NCBI GenBank assembly: GCA_963714085.1
Contig: OY970229.1
Location: 1,408,001-1,472,000 of the forward strand
Direction: 5' to 3'
Source of the DNA: an uncultured Candidatus Micrarchaeota archaeon
GTDB lineage: Archaea; Micrarchaeota; Micrarchaeia; Anstonellales; Bilamarchaeaceae
Length of the DNA stretch: 64,000 nucleotides
Shown here piece after piece: positions 24,288-32,954 of this stretch. The notes under the pieces are model-generated. The model did not search any database. It saw only the letters and a list, made by a program, of their open reading frames with translations, and was not told where the DNA came from. A program made the position numbers and the translations under genes. Position 1 is the stretch's first letter; every line of letters starts with the position of its first letter.

Positions 24288-24629
24288 TCACTTCTTTTTA
24301 TACATCCATCTGCTCGAAACCGTTCCATCTGTTTTCTTTTTTGTTTTATCTAAAACCCCTTTCCGCACGATTTTTCTTAGTGGGAGTGTTAAGTCAGATG
24401 CTTTGAAATGAAAGTCCTTTGATTTTAGCTCTTCGATTATGTCTGCGATAGTGCGCGGGGAATTAAAAAAACCTGTATCAAGAAGAGATAAGATTTTTTC
24501 AACTGTACTTCCAGCGTTGTACCAGGATTTTGTAGTTAATCTGGCAATGGGCTTTTGTTTACTTTCGAGCTTAGCAATTCTATTCTCATGATTTTTGAGT
24601 AACATCTTCATGTCCTCTAGTTTTGTCAT
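24288..24629 (-). CDS. Small coiled-coil plus winged-helix-like protein (113 aa)
   Basis: LKNHENRIAKLE coiled coil; GFFNSPRTIADIIEELKSK...LTLPLRKIVRKGVL...WMY; SD AGGTGA. Confidence 0.7.
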   Translation of the reverse strand: MTKLEDMKMLLKNHENRIAKLESKQKPIARLTTKSWYNAGSTVEKILSLLDTGFFNSPRTIADIIEELKSKDFHFKASDLTLPLRKIVRKGVLDKTKKKTDGTVSSRWMYKKK

Positions 24630-24636
24630 CTCAGTT

Positions 24637-25011
24637 TCACCTTTTTACATAATGCCATTTGTTATCTTTTTTCATCCTTCCGAGTTCTCTTTTTCTAACT
24701 AATCCCTGGAGGGGATTTGTCAAACTTCTTAGTGGATACACATAGCCTCTTTCCTCAAGAGCTTTTTGAATATCATTCCAGTTTTTGGGCTGATCAAAAA
24801 AACCTTCAGATTTAAGCTCCATAATCGAAATCGGTATTGATGTCTTCTTCGAAGATGCTCTTCTCGAAACTGGTTCTGCAGGGTTAGCGGAATCACAAAA
24901 TGTTAAGATTTCAGTCTTATGCCGCTTAAGCTCGCCCTCAGCTTCTGCCAAAGTTGCACCGATAACAACCACATCGTGTTTATTTCCTTTAATGATAATC
25001 CCAATAGACAT
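24637..25011 (-). CDS. Small winged-helix-like protein (124 aa), paralog of 24288-24629
   Basis: GFFDQPKNWNDIQKALEERGY...LTNPLQGLVRKREL...WHY; SD AGGTGA before ATG 25011. Confidence 0.7.
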   Translation of the reverse strand: MSIGIIIKGNKHDVVVIGATLAEAEGELKRHKTEILTFCDSANPAEPVSRRASSKKTSIPISIMELKSEGFFDQPKNWNDIQKALEERGYVYPLRSLTNPLQGLVRKRELGRMKKDNKWHYVKR

Positions 25012-25064
25012 GCGGTTCACCTTTTTTGAGATCATTTATTTCTTAGACCGGTTTTGCCATATCC

Positions 25065-25526
25065 TTATTCAAACCCAGCTTCCACCGCCTTTAGGCCGGT
25101 ATTTGTTAATGTATACGTTAGCAAAGAGTCTACTTTGTTGTCCATAGACATCATCAAACCCCGTTTTACATTCATTTTTACTTTATCACTTATATTTGGC
25201 GGTGTTTGTTCCTTGGCTTTGCGATAGCATTCCTCTATGTCTCTGGTAGTAAACATATTTTTTGTAAGAATCTTTTCCAGATAATACCCAAAGAGCAGAG
25301 TTTTTTGGACCTCGTTTTTTGGTTTCTTTTCATTTAGTACCTCTTGTAACGAAAGTATCTTTTGTGGCGCAGGAAGCTGTAGCGGTGGAGTTTGATTTGA
25401 AGATGGCAAAGACAAAAGTTCTTTTATAAGAACTGCAGTAAAGATCTGATCTCGGTTTTCTCCATATGCTGCAGCGGCAACTTTGGCCTTTTCAATTGCT
25501 TCTTTTAGTCTATCATTGTCAATCAT
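25065..25526 (-). CDS. Helical N-terminus plus winged-helix-like C-terminus (153 aa)
   Basis: FTTRDIEECY...NISDKVKMNVKRGLM...YTLTNTG wing. ATGA overlap with the upstream gene; SD GGGGTGA. Confidence 0.7.
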   Translation of the reverse strand: MIDNDRLKEAIEKAKVAAAAYGENRDQIFTAVLIKELLSLPSSNQTPPLQLPAPQKILSLQEVLNEKKPKNEVQKTLLFGYYLEKILTKNMFTTRDIEECYRKAKEQTPPNISDKVKMNVKRGLMMSMDNKVDSLLTYTLTNTGLKAVEAGFE

Positions 25527-26044
25527 TCAGCATCACCCCTAAGTTTGGTATTTAGGTAGTCCTCGCCCGGAGCCATTACTCTATAGATAAATCCGTCTCC
25601 TCCTTGAGTTTTTACTGTTTTTCTGTCAACAAACTTTGTTTCAGGGCCAAGAACCATGGTTATTGACTCTCTTGTAACTCGTAATCTAAAAACTCGATTC
25701 AGAACATCTGAAATTTCACGTGCAAATAGTCCATCAACACCTGCAAAATCCCTTGCCAGCTTAAGTATGAAAACGGAACGATCTTTTGCAGTTTTTAATT
25801 TGCTAATCTCCGGATGATCTGTGCGATTTATTTTTGAGCAAACAATGTCGATATTATTTTGATCTCCGTTTGCAGAAACTTTTTGTGCTGCATGCTCCGT
25901 TTCTTGTTTAACCTCAGTTAACCCGCCGCCCGAGATAAGTTTTTCAAAAACTGTCTTGAAAATTATACTTTTATAAGGCTCTTCGAATCCATTTGCAACT
26001 TGTTCTGCTTTCTTTGCAGCTTCTCGAATTCCCGCTTCTTCCAT
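25523..26044 (-). CDS. Helical N-terminus plus winged-helix-like C-terminus (173 aa), related to 25065-25526
   Basis: N-terminal IREAAKKAEQVA...IFKTVFEKLI parallels LKEAIEKAKVAA...IFTAVLIKEL. LFAREISDVL...YRVMAPGEDYL wing. SD GGGTG before ATG 26044. Confidence 0.7.
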   Translation of the reverse strand: MEEAGIREAAKKAEQVANGFEEPYKSIIFKTVFEKLISGGGLTEVKQETEHAAQKVSANGDQNNIDIVCSKINRTDHPEISKLKTAKDRSVFILKLARDFAGVDGLFAREISDVLNRVFRLRVTRESITMVLGPETKFVDRKTVKTQGGDGFIYRVMAPGEDYLNTKLRGDAE

Positions 26045-26668
26045 TAAAACACCCGCGTATACTTTTGTGTATCCTAATAGAATAAGAAACATATTTAAAC
26101 CATCGCATACTCCTTAGTGGATTCTCCTCCATCCTGAGATCTTCGAATACGTTTCGATGTGTTTGAAAACATGGTTTTTATTATTTTACGAAGAAAAATT
26201 TAGAAATGGATACAGAAAAGATTGTCATTTTATCTTAAACAGACCCCTGATTTGGTCGGTAAGATCTATTATAGCATTATGCATGGGTAAAAGATATGAA
26301 TATTACGGCAAAATCATAATGCCTCTCTCGACTATATTTATGCATATTTACATTTTATCATATTTATGCTAATCATAGCGCGCAGACCGTTCCACTCCGT
26401 TCCAAGTATTCACTGCCATCCTTTTATGAAACCGGAATCAAGTCGTGAAAAAACATTATTTTTTGCATAAACGTTTCGACTTTACTCTATTTGGAGTTCA
26501 AAGGCTGACCCAATTATGATTTAAACACATGCACAAAATAGGGTGATAACCCCGATAAAATTAGAAGTTGATTATTACGATTATACGTTGCTAAGGCTAG
26601 ATTCGGAACCCGCCCCAGTGTACCGTGAAAACCGCGCCTTCAAACCAGATCTGAACGCAGTGTAAGTC

Positions 26669-28600
26669 TCATTTCGCGTGCTTCTTCGTGTAGGGTATGA
26701 GCCCGCCCTCCAGCAGTATCTCGACAGCCCTGGGAGTGAGCTCGCATTTGGCTTTTATCTCCCCGGCCTTGGTCTTCAGCGTCACTTCCTTCCCTGCCTT
26801 GAGTTCTTCCCGTAATTGGGGCATCTCCACCAGGTCGCCCTGGCTCAGCTTCTCGTAGTCGGCCGGGTTCGCGAACGTCAACGGTACGATCCCCCAGTTC
26901 ATGAGGTTGTCCTTGTGTATCCTGGCCCAGCTCTTGGCGATGACCGCGCGGACGCCCAGGTACAAGGGCGCTATCGCAGCGTGCTCCCTGCTCGAGCCCT
27001 GGCCGTAGTTCTCCCCGCCCACGACGATCCCTCCGCCCTTCTCCTTGGCGCGCTTGGGGAACGTCGGGTCCACTTTCGAGAACACGAACTCTGAAATCGC
27101 AGGGACATTGGACCGGAGCGGAAGCACCTTCGCTCCCGCGGGCATGATATGGTCCGTGGTTATGTTGTCGCCGACCTTGAGCAGCACCTCCTTGGAGAGC
27201 GACGCCTCGAGCGGCTTCAATTCCGGAAGCGGCTTGATGTTCGGCCCGCGTATGATCTCGATCGAAGCGCCGTTCTCAGGCGGCCGTATTATCATGGAAT
27301 CGTCTATCTCGGTCTTCGCGCTCCTTATCTTGGGGAACTCGCCGAGCTTCCTCGGGTCCGTGAAGACGCCGCTGAGCGCGGTCGCAGCCGCGGTCTCCGG
27401 AGACACCAGGTACGCCTTGGCGTCCGCGGTCCCGCACCTGCCCTCGAAGTTCCTGTTGAACGTGCGCACGGTCACTCCACCTGAGCGCGGGGCGAGCCCC
27501 ATGCCTATGCAGGGCCCGCATGCGGATTCCAGGATCCTCGCGCCGGATGCGACGAGGTCAGCCAGCGCGCCGTTCTTCGCTATCATCTCGTATACCTGCC
27601 TTGAGCCTGGCAGTATCGCGAACGAGACCTCAGGGTGCACGGTCTTGCCCTTGACTATCGCGGCCGCTATCATCAGGTCGCGGTAGGAAGAGTTCGTGCA
27701 GCTCCCGATTATCACCTGGTTGACCTTCTGGCCTTCCAGCTCGGATATCTTGCCAACGTTGCCAGGGCTGTGCGGCTTCGCCACCATGGGCTCGATGGTG
27801 GACAGGTCTATCTCTATGCGTTCCTTGTAATCCGAGAACGAGTCCGGAGAGAGCTCCATCCACTGGTCAGCCCTCCCTTCGCTCTCAAGGTACTTCTTCG
27901 TGACGTTGTCGGACGGGAAGACGGAGGTCGTCGCGCCAAGCTCAGCGCCCATGTTCGTTATGGTCGAGCGCTCCGGGATCGAGAGCGTCTTCACGCCGGG
28001 GCCGAAGTACTCGAACACCTTGCCCACGCCGCCCTTGACATCCAGCCTCTTCAATAATTCCAGTATGACGTCCTTCGCAGACACCCAGGGCTTCAATTCG
28101 CCAGTCAGCTTCACCCCCACGATCTTAGGCATGTTCAAATAGAACTGGCCCCCGCCCATCGCGAGCGCGACGTCCAATCCTCCGGCGCCTATGGCCAAGG
28201 AGCCAGCGCCTCCTGCTGTCGGGGTGTGCGAGTCAGAGCCGAGCAGGGTCTTCCCCGGGCGTGCGAACCTCTCCAGGTGGACCTGGTGACATATGCCGTT
28301 CCCGGGTCTTGAGAACAATATGCCGTACTTCGCCGCGACCGTCCTGAGGTAATCATGGTCGTCGGCATTCATGAAATCCGTCTGTAAAGTGTTGTGGTCG
28401 ACGTAGCTCAGGGACAATTCGGTCCTCACGCGCGGAAGGCCCAGCGCCTCCCATTCCAGGTATGCCATGGTGCCGGTCGCGTCCTGGGTGAGCGTCTGGT
28501 CTATCTTTATCGCGATCTCGCTCCCTGCCGCCGGAAGCCTATTGTCCACTCCGCCTTCCACCAGATGCGCAGATAGGATCTTCTCCGTGATGGTTGCCAT
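26669..28600 (-). CDS. acn: Aconitate hydratase (compact archaeal/Aquifex-like type)
   Basis: TQDATGT, DHN, GNGICHQVH, GSDSHT, IGSCTN, CGPCIGMG, TFNRNF.GR, TTDHI.PAG, GSSREHAA. Start at ATG 28600. Confidence 0.92.
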   Translation of the reverse strand: MATITEKILSAHLVEGGVDNRLPAAGSEIAIKIDQTLTQDATGTMAYLEWEALGLPRVRTELSLSYVDHNTLQTDFMNADDHDYLRTVAAKYGILFSRPGNGICHQVHLERFARPGKTLLGSDSHTPTAGGAGSLAIGAGGLDVALAMGGGQFYLNMPKIVGVKLTGELKPWVSAKDVILELLKRLDVKGGVGKVFEYFGPGVKTLSIPERSTITNMGAELGATTSVFPSDNVTKKYLESEGRADQWMELSPDSFSDYKERIEIDLSTIEPMVAKPHSPGNVGKISELEGQKVNQVIIGSCTNSSYRDLMIAAAIVKGKTVHPEVSFAILPGSRQVYEMIAKNGALADLVASGARILESACGPCIGMGLAPRSGGVTVRTFNRNFEGRCGTADAKAYLVSPETAAATALSGVFTDPRKLGEFPKIRSAKTEIDDSMIIRPPENGASIEIIRGPNIKPLPELKPLEASLSKEVLLKVGDNITTDHIMPAGAKVLPLRSNVPAISEFVFSKVDPTFPKRAKEKGGGIVVGGENYGQGSSREHAAIAPLYLGVRAVIAKSWARIHKDNLMNWGIVPLTFANPADYEKLSQGDLVEMPQLREELKAGKEVTLKTKAGEIKAKCELTPRAVEILLEGGLIPYTKKHAK

Positions 28601-28748
28601 AAGATACACCTTCCTATGTTTCCGCCTGATAAGAAATTCGAGCATCTAATCAGCGCGAGCATTTATAATATTTGATGCAGCCGGAACCGGTCTTCGGCAA
28701 AAGGCGAATTACGGTATGTTTTATATTCCTCGCCGCAGAATACCCCAT

Positions 28749-29798
28749 ATGCAGAAGTTCTTCGATGACGCGCCGTCCGCCTCCTCCATAATAGCGCGCG
28801 AGGAGGTGCTCCTTCCGCTCTACCAGCCGGACGAGCTGCGCTACCGGGGAAATGAATTGCAAGTGATGGCGGACGCCGTGAAGCCGCTGCTGCGCAAGCG
28901 CCAGCCAGTGAACCTATTGATCCACGGCAATTCCGGCACTGGCAAGACGTCATGCGCCAAGGCCATAATGAGGCAGCTCTCCGAGCATTCCTCGGCCGTG
29001 CTCCCTGTCTACGCCAACTGCTGGGAGAGCCCGACGCGCGCAGCGGTATTCGGAAGGATAATCGAGGCCATGCAGCTTCCGCTCCCGAGGCGCGGGCTCG
29101 CGGTGGACGAGCTCTTCGACCGTCTGCTGCAATACGCGAAGAGCTATTCCCGTCCGGTGCTCCTTGTCCTGGACGAGCTGGACGGGCTGGAGGAGCAGGA
29201 GCTCCTGTATTCCATCGCCCGCGCGAACGAGCGGCCAGGCGTGCTCTTTGGCATAATCGGCATCACCAACAACTCGGAGTTCCTCGCGAAGCTCGACCCG
29301 CGCGTGCGCAGTTCGCTAAGATTCTCCGAGCTGACGTTCCCGGAATACAACGAGGAGCAGCTTTTCTGGATACTGAAAGACAGGGCGGTCATGGGGCTGG
29401 CGCCGAACGTATGGGACGACAAGCTCCTCACGAAGATAGCCCGGAGCGTGGACGACGGCTCGGCGCGCATCGCGCTGAGCAAGCTGTGGAAGGCGGCGAG
29501 GCATGCGGAGGATCTGGACAGGCCGAGGATCACGCTCCAGGATCTGGCGGATTCAGAGGCAGAAACAGAACAACCCGTAAGGCCCGGCGCCGCGCTCACG
29601 GAGATGGAACTGAAGATCGTGGAGCAGCTGCGCAAGGGAGAGCGGACCACGGACGAGCTCTATGCGCTGTTGAATTTCGACAAGACGAAGCGGATGTTCA
29701 TGAACCATCTCGCGAGATTGGAGGAGAAAAGGATAATCAAGATGGAGCCGCAGCCGGAGAATGGAAGGTTCGGGCCGAAGATGTGCCGGCTGATTTAG
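28749..29798 (+). CDS. cdc6: Orc1/Cdc6 family AAA+ replication initiator
   Basis: YQPDEL.YR..E, G.SGTGKT, VYANCW, LVLDELD, LDPRV.SSL, F.EY..EQL..IL.DR, G.AR.AL, C-terminal winged helix. Confidence 0.88.
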   Translation: MQKFFDDAPSASSIIAREEVLLPLYQPDELRYRGNELQVMADAVKPLLRKRQPVNLLIHGNSGTGKTSCAKAIMRQLSEHSSAVLPVYANCWESPTRAAVFGRIIEAMQLPLPRRGLAVDELFDRLLQYAKSYSRPVLLVLDELDGLEEQELLYSIARANERPGVLFGIIGITNNSEFLAKLDPRVRSSLRFSELTFPEYNEEQLFWILKDRAVMGLAPNVWDDKLLTKIARSVDDGSARIALSKLWKAARHAEDLDRPRITLQDLADSEAETEQPVRPGAALTEMELKIVEQLRKGERTTDELYALLNFDKTKRMFMNHLARLEEKRIIKMEPQPENGRFGPKMCRLI

Positions 29799-30913
29799 TC
29801 ATCCAGTTCGTTGTCGAAAAGGACGACCTTGTCGCCATCGCCCAGATCAACTGTCTCGCCACAGTCCTTATCATGCCTGTTCAGGGAAAGGACAGAATGG
29901 TCGATTTTGAGCTGCTCCAGCGCATCCACTGCTTCCAGCCCCTCGGCTGTGGACGAGGCCCCGCCTTCCCCTGAGGTGCGCAGGGTGGTAAAGCCGGGAA
30001 GCAGGACGCCGGTGTATGCGTATCTGACCATGTCGAGCTCCCCGCGCCCGTCTATCCCGCCGCTGAAGAGCCCGCTTTCCATGGCCGCTGCCAGGGTCGG
30101 CACGAGCGCCGCGGTGGGGACGTAGAACACCAGCCTCTCCCCCGTGGATCCGGGAGGCTTGCGGTTGGACATCGTGAACTTCGCAGAGACCTGGAAGCCC
30201 CTGGCGATAAGTATCGCGGCCATGTGGGCCGCCTTCATCACGCTTTCGGTGACCTGGCCGTGCACCATCTCGATGCTCAGCCTCAGCGCGTCCTCGGGCA
30301 TCACCTTCCAGCCTATGTGCGCCTGGTTCGCGAGGATATCGCGTTCCGATGCCGTGGCGCATATGGACTCCAGCGGCTTGTTTTCTCTTTCGCCCCGCGT
30401 GACATAATTGGTAAGCTCTACCCTGAGCGCGGCATGGATGAAACGGGCTGTCTCGAAGTCCGTGCACGCTACCGAAGGCGCATGCAGGTAGGAGCCCACG
30501 AAGGTCAGGCGCTTCCTGCGGTCCTCGTCTCCTGGTTGTATCGTGAAATGGTCCGACAGAGCGGCTTCGCTGATGGCATCCGTGAATTTCCCTGGCACGG
30601 AAAGCGCCATGGCTATGCGCTTCTCCCTTGACAGTTCCACAGTGCATGGGATCCTGCGCTCTGATGCGAAACCAATAAGTGCGTCTGCGAAAGCGCGGGT
30701 CGGCCAGAGGCTCCTGCCCTTGTCCTCCACTAACGCGATTCCTGCGGCGTATACGACCCCTTCGGCGCGGGCGCTTTTTTCCTCCCTCTCCAATCGCGTG
30801 CGTATCAAGCTGCTGCCCAGCGGCTCGTATCCCCAGCGGCGTACGGCACGGACCAACTCGGGCCTCATCGTAGGGTATTCGAGCTGCCGGTGGCCCAGTG
30901 TGACTTTATACAT
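29795..30913 (-). CDS. Hypothetical protein (372 aa)
   Basis: Long ORF preceded by an AT-rich promoter (TTTAAA...TATAACAA) and ATG at 30913; no confident family. Confidence 0.65.
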   Translation of the reverse strand: MYKVTLGHRQLEYPTMRPELVRAVRRWGYEPLGSSLIRTRLEREEKSARAEGVVYAAGIALVEDKGRSLWPTRAFADALIGFASERRIPCTVELSREKRIAMALSVPGKFTDAISEAALSDHFTIQPGDEDRRKRLTFVGSYLHAPSVACTDFETARFIHAALRVELTNYVTRGERENKPLESICATASERDILANQAHIGWKVMPEDALRLSIEMVHGQVTESVMKAAHMAAILIARGFQVSAKFTMSNRKPPGSTGERLVFYVPTAALVPTLAAAMESGLFSGGIDGRGELDMVRYAYTGVLLPGFTTLRTSGEGGASSTAEGLEAVDALEQLKIDHSVLSLNRHDKDCGETVDLGDGDKVVLFDNELDD

Positions 30914-30967
30914 AATATTGTTATAATTACAACAATTTAAATACATTGCCAAAAAGCGGAATCCGGC

Positions 30968-31225
30968 CTATCTATTCTTTTCCTTGTAATCTATCCTTTT
31001 GAGCACCTTCTTCAATTCCTCGACGCTTGGGACCTCGCCGTCATAGAGGATTTTCCCGTCTATCACGAGCGCTGGCATCCGGTGCACGTTGTACGCGGCC
31101 ATCTCGCGTATCCCTGCCGCGACGCCTATGCTCACATGGAGCTTGAGCTGTCTCAGCGCCTCGGCTAGCGTGTTCTCCATCTGCCGTGTCTCGGTGCCGA
31201 AACCCCCCACTATCACTATGTCCAT
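30968..31225 (-). CDS. Thioredoxin-like protein (MTH895/Thioredoxin_3-like) lacking the CxxC motif
   Basis: I.IVGG...EM..YNV..MPALVIDGK....G.VPS.EELKK.L; no Cys present. Confidence 0.7.
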   Translation of the reverse strand: MDIVIVGGFGTETRQMENTLAEALRQLKLHVSIGVAAGIREMAAYNVHRMPALVIDGKILYDGEVPSVEELKKVLKRIDYKEKNR

Positions 31226-31279
31226 GGAACGCTATTCGGATGGCGTAGCAATAAAAAACTTTGCGAACCGAACAATCGC

Positions 31280-31987
31280 ATGGCGGAGATGAAACCGTAT
31301 AGGATAGTGCTATTCTGCATCATCGCGGTGTTCCTCGTGGCGATAGAGCCGATATTCGTGAACAACATCTCGTTCCTGCTCAATCCGAAGGCGCTATACG
31401 CGCTCGCCTCCGGCCAGTGGGTCGTGGTCGCGATATGGATATGCGTCTTCTCGGCGTTCTCGCTATTCCTCGTGTTCCCCAGGCAGCGGGGGGAGTTCAG
31501 GAAATACAAGGGCGCGTACGTGGCGTATATCGTCGCGCTCTTCACCGAGATGTTCGGCTTCCCTCTCACGCTCTACCTGCTCTCGAGCTTCCTGCCCGCG
31601 TCCCCGTCGCCCGCGCCGGTCCCGTACACGGTCTTCTCATTCACGTTCCTCGGCGTGGGCTACAGCCTCATGCTCACATCGCTCATCTCCGGCATAGTCT
31701 CCATATTCGCCGGAGCGGTCATCATCCTGGGATGGAAGAAGATCTACAACAACGCGTCGCTGGTCACGGACGGCATATACAAGTACTCGCGCCATCCGCA
31801 GTACCTGGGCATGTCCACCGTGATCCTCGCGTGGATGTTCGCATGGCCGACCATACCGACCACGGTGATGGGCGCCATACTCATCGTCGTCTATTACCGG
31901 CTCGCGCGAACCGAAGAAAAAGAGCTCGAGAAGGAGTTCGGCAAGGCGTACGTGGACTACAAGGAAAAGACGCCCTTATACCTCTGA
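31280..31987 (+). CDS. Isoprenylcysteine carboxyl methyltransferase (ICMT/PEMT) family membrane protein
   Basis: ALFTEMFGFPLT.YLL, LVTDGIY.YSRHPQY, EE..L...FG..Y.DY...TP. Confidence 0.85.
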   Translation: MAEMKPYRIVLFCIIAVFLVAIEPIFVNNISFLLNPKALYALASGQWVVVAIWICVFSAFSLFLVFPRQRGEFRKYKGAYVAYIVALFTEMFGFPLTLYLLSSFLPASPSPAPVPYTVFSFTFLGVGYSLMLTSLISGIVSIFAGAVIILGWKKIYNNASLVTDGIYKYSRHPQYLGMSTVILAWMFAWPTIPTTVMGAILIVVYYRLARTEEKELEKEFGKAYVDYKEKTPLYL

Positions 31988-32016
31988 AATGAAAAAACAA
32001 GGAAAAGAAATAGGGA

Positions 32017-32235
32017 CTACTTGCCCTTGGCCTTCGTCTCAGGGACCTGGCACATCGGGCAGGCGTTCATCTTATGTATCATGAACGACAGGCCGAACAG
32101 CGCCAGCAGCACGCCGGCGACGATGTTCGCCGTAGTCGCGGCCATGGAGCCGAGTCCGGAGAGCAGAAGCGCCAGTCCGGCTATCAATGCCAGCAGGCCA
32201 GAGATTATTCCGCATGTCTTACACATCATAGTCAT
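32017..32235 (-). CDS. Small two-TM membrane protein with terminal CxxC motifs
   Basis: CKTC, two hydrophobic helices, CPMC; SD GGGGTGA. Confidence 0.65.
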   Translation of the reverse strand: MTMMCKTCGIISGLLALIAGLALLLSGLGSMAATTANIVAGVLLALFGLSFMIHKMNACPMCQVPETKAKGK

Positions 32236-32284
32236 ATCACCCCTGCCTAAGGCTCCCGAGACAAGGTTTTTATCGCTTTCTGGA

Positions 32285-32905
32285 TCAGACCCGTATGGCG
32301 TAGCTCATGCGGTAGAGCCTCTTCCCGTCCCTCCTCCCGAAGAGCTTCCTGGCTATGGAGGGCTTGAAGCCGAGCTCGTGAAGCACGGATGTGGCCGCCT
32401 TGGAGCTGCCCACGTAGAGGTCCAGCCCGCCGTGCATCTCCTCTATCTTGGATACGAAGGTCTTCTTGGCGAGCCTTTTTTCCAGCCTGATGGCCTGCTC
32501 CTCCACGCGGGAGGGCTCGCCCCTCAGCTGCACTATCGCCTCGTAATAGCCGCCCGAGGAGCGGGAGCAGTCCGGGCACATGGTGACCTGCTTCTGCAGA
32601 TCGACCTGCCGCTGCACGGTCACCTTCTTCCCTGCCTTCTCGAACGTGAAGCTGCAGACCCCTGTGTCTATGTCGCAGTCCGCGTCGACGAAATCGCCCT
32701 TGCATTTGCCGGCCACGTATTCGCTTATCTTCCTGCGGTTCAGCTGCTGCCACTGGCCCTGCAGGGACATCCTGTTGCAGCGCTTGCACTGCTGGACCTC
32801 CAGCCTCTTGGGCAGCTTGATGTTGAATTCGTAGCAGTCTATGCAGAAGGCCTCCACGAACTCCTTCTCGTCCGAGGTCTTCCCGCATCTGGGGCATATG
32901 AGCAT
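32285..32905 (-). CDS. nmd3: NMD3 family ribosome biogenesis protein
   Basis: CPRCG, FC.DC, C..C, CPDCSR.SGGYYEAIVQLR, GG.DLY.GS. Confidence 0.88.
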   Translation of the reverse strand: MLICPRCGKTSDEKEFVEAFCIDCYEFNIKLPKRLEVQQCKRCNRMSLQGQWQQLNRRKISEYVAGKCKGDFVDADCDIDTGVCSFTFEKAGKKVTVQRQVDLQKQVTMCPDCSRSSGGYYEAIVQLRGEPSRVEEQAIRLEKRLAKKTFVSKIEEMHGGLDLYVGSSKAATSVLHELGFKPSIARKLFGRRDGKRLYRMSYAIRV

Positions 32906-32954
32906 GTTTTATATATGCCATCCCCGATATAAAAACCATTTGGTGGGGACCACG

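Larger units (their letters stand above)
23483..26650. mobile_element. AT-rich genomic islet carrying a five-gene operon; no integrase or transposase in the window
   Basis: Abrupt switch from GC-rich host codon usage to AT-rich sequence directly after repeat copy 2. GC-rich sequence resumes at the aconitase stop. Confidence 0.7.

Noticed and set aside
26157..26372. 71-aa ORF in the AT-rich boundary region
   Set aside because: No motifs, no clear SD, low-complexity AT-driven composition.
28601..28748. Replication origin next to cdc6
   Set aside because: The intergenic region is only ~150 bp, holds two TATA-like boxes and has no recognisable repeated ORB elements.
29795..30913. HopA1-like effector assignment from GWKV / SAKF / ERLVFYV motifs
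   Set aside because: The resemblance rests on a few residues; left as hypothetical pending a profile search.
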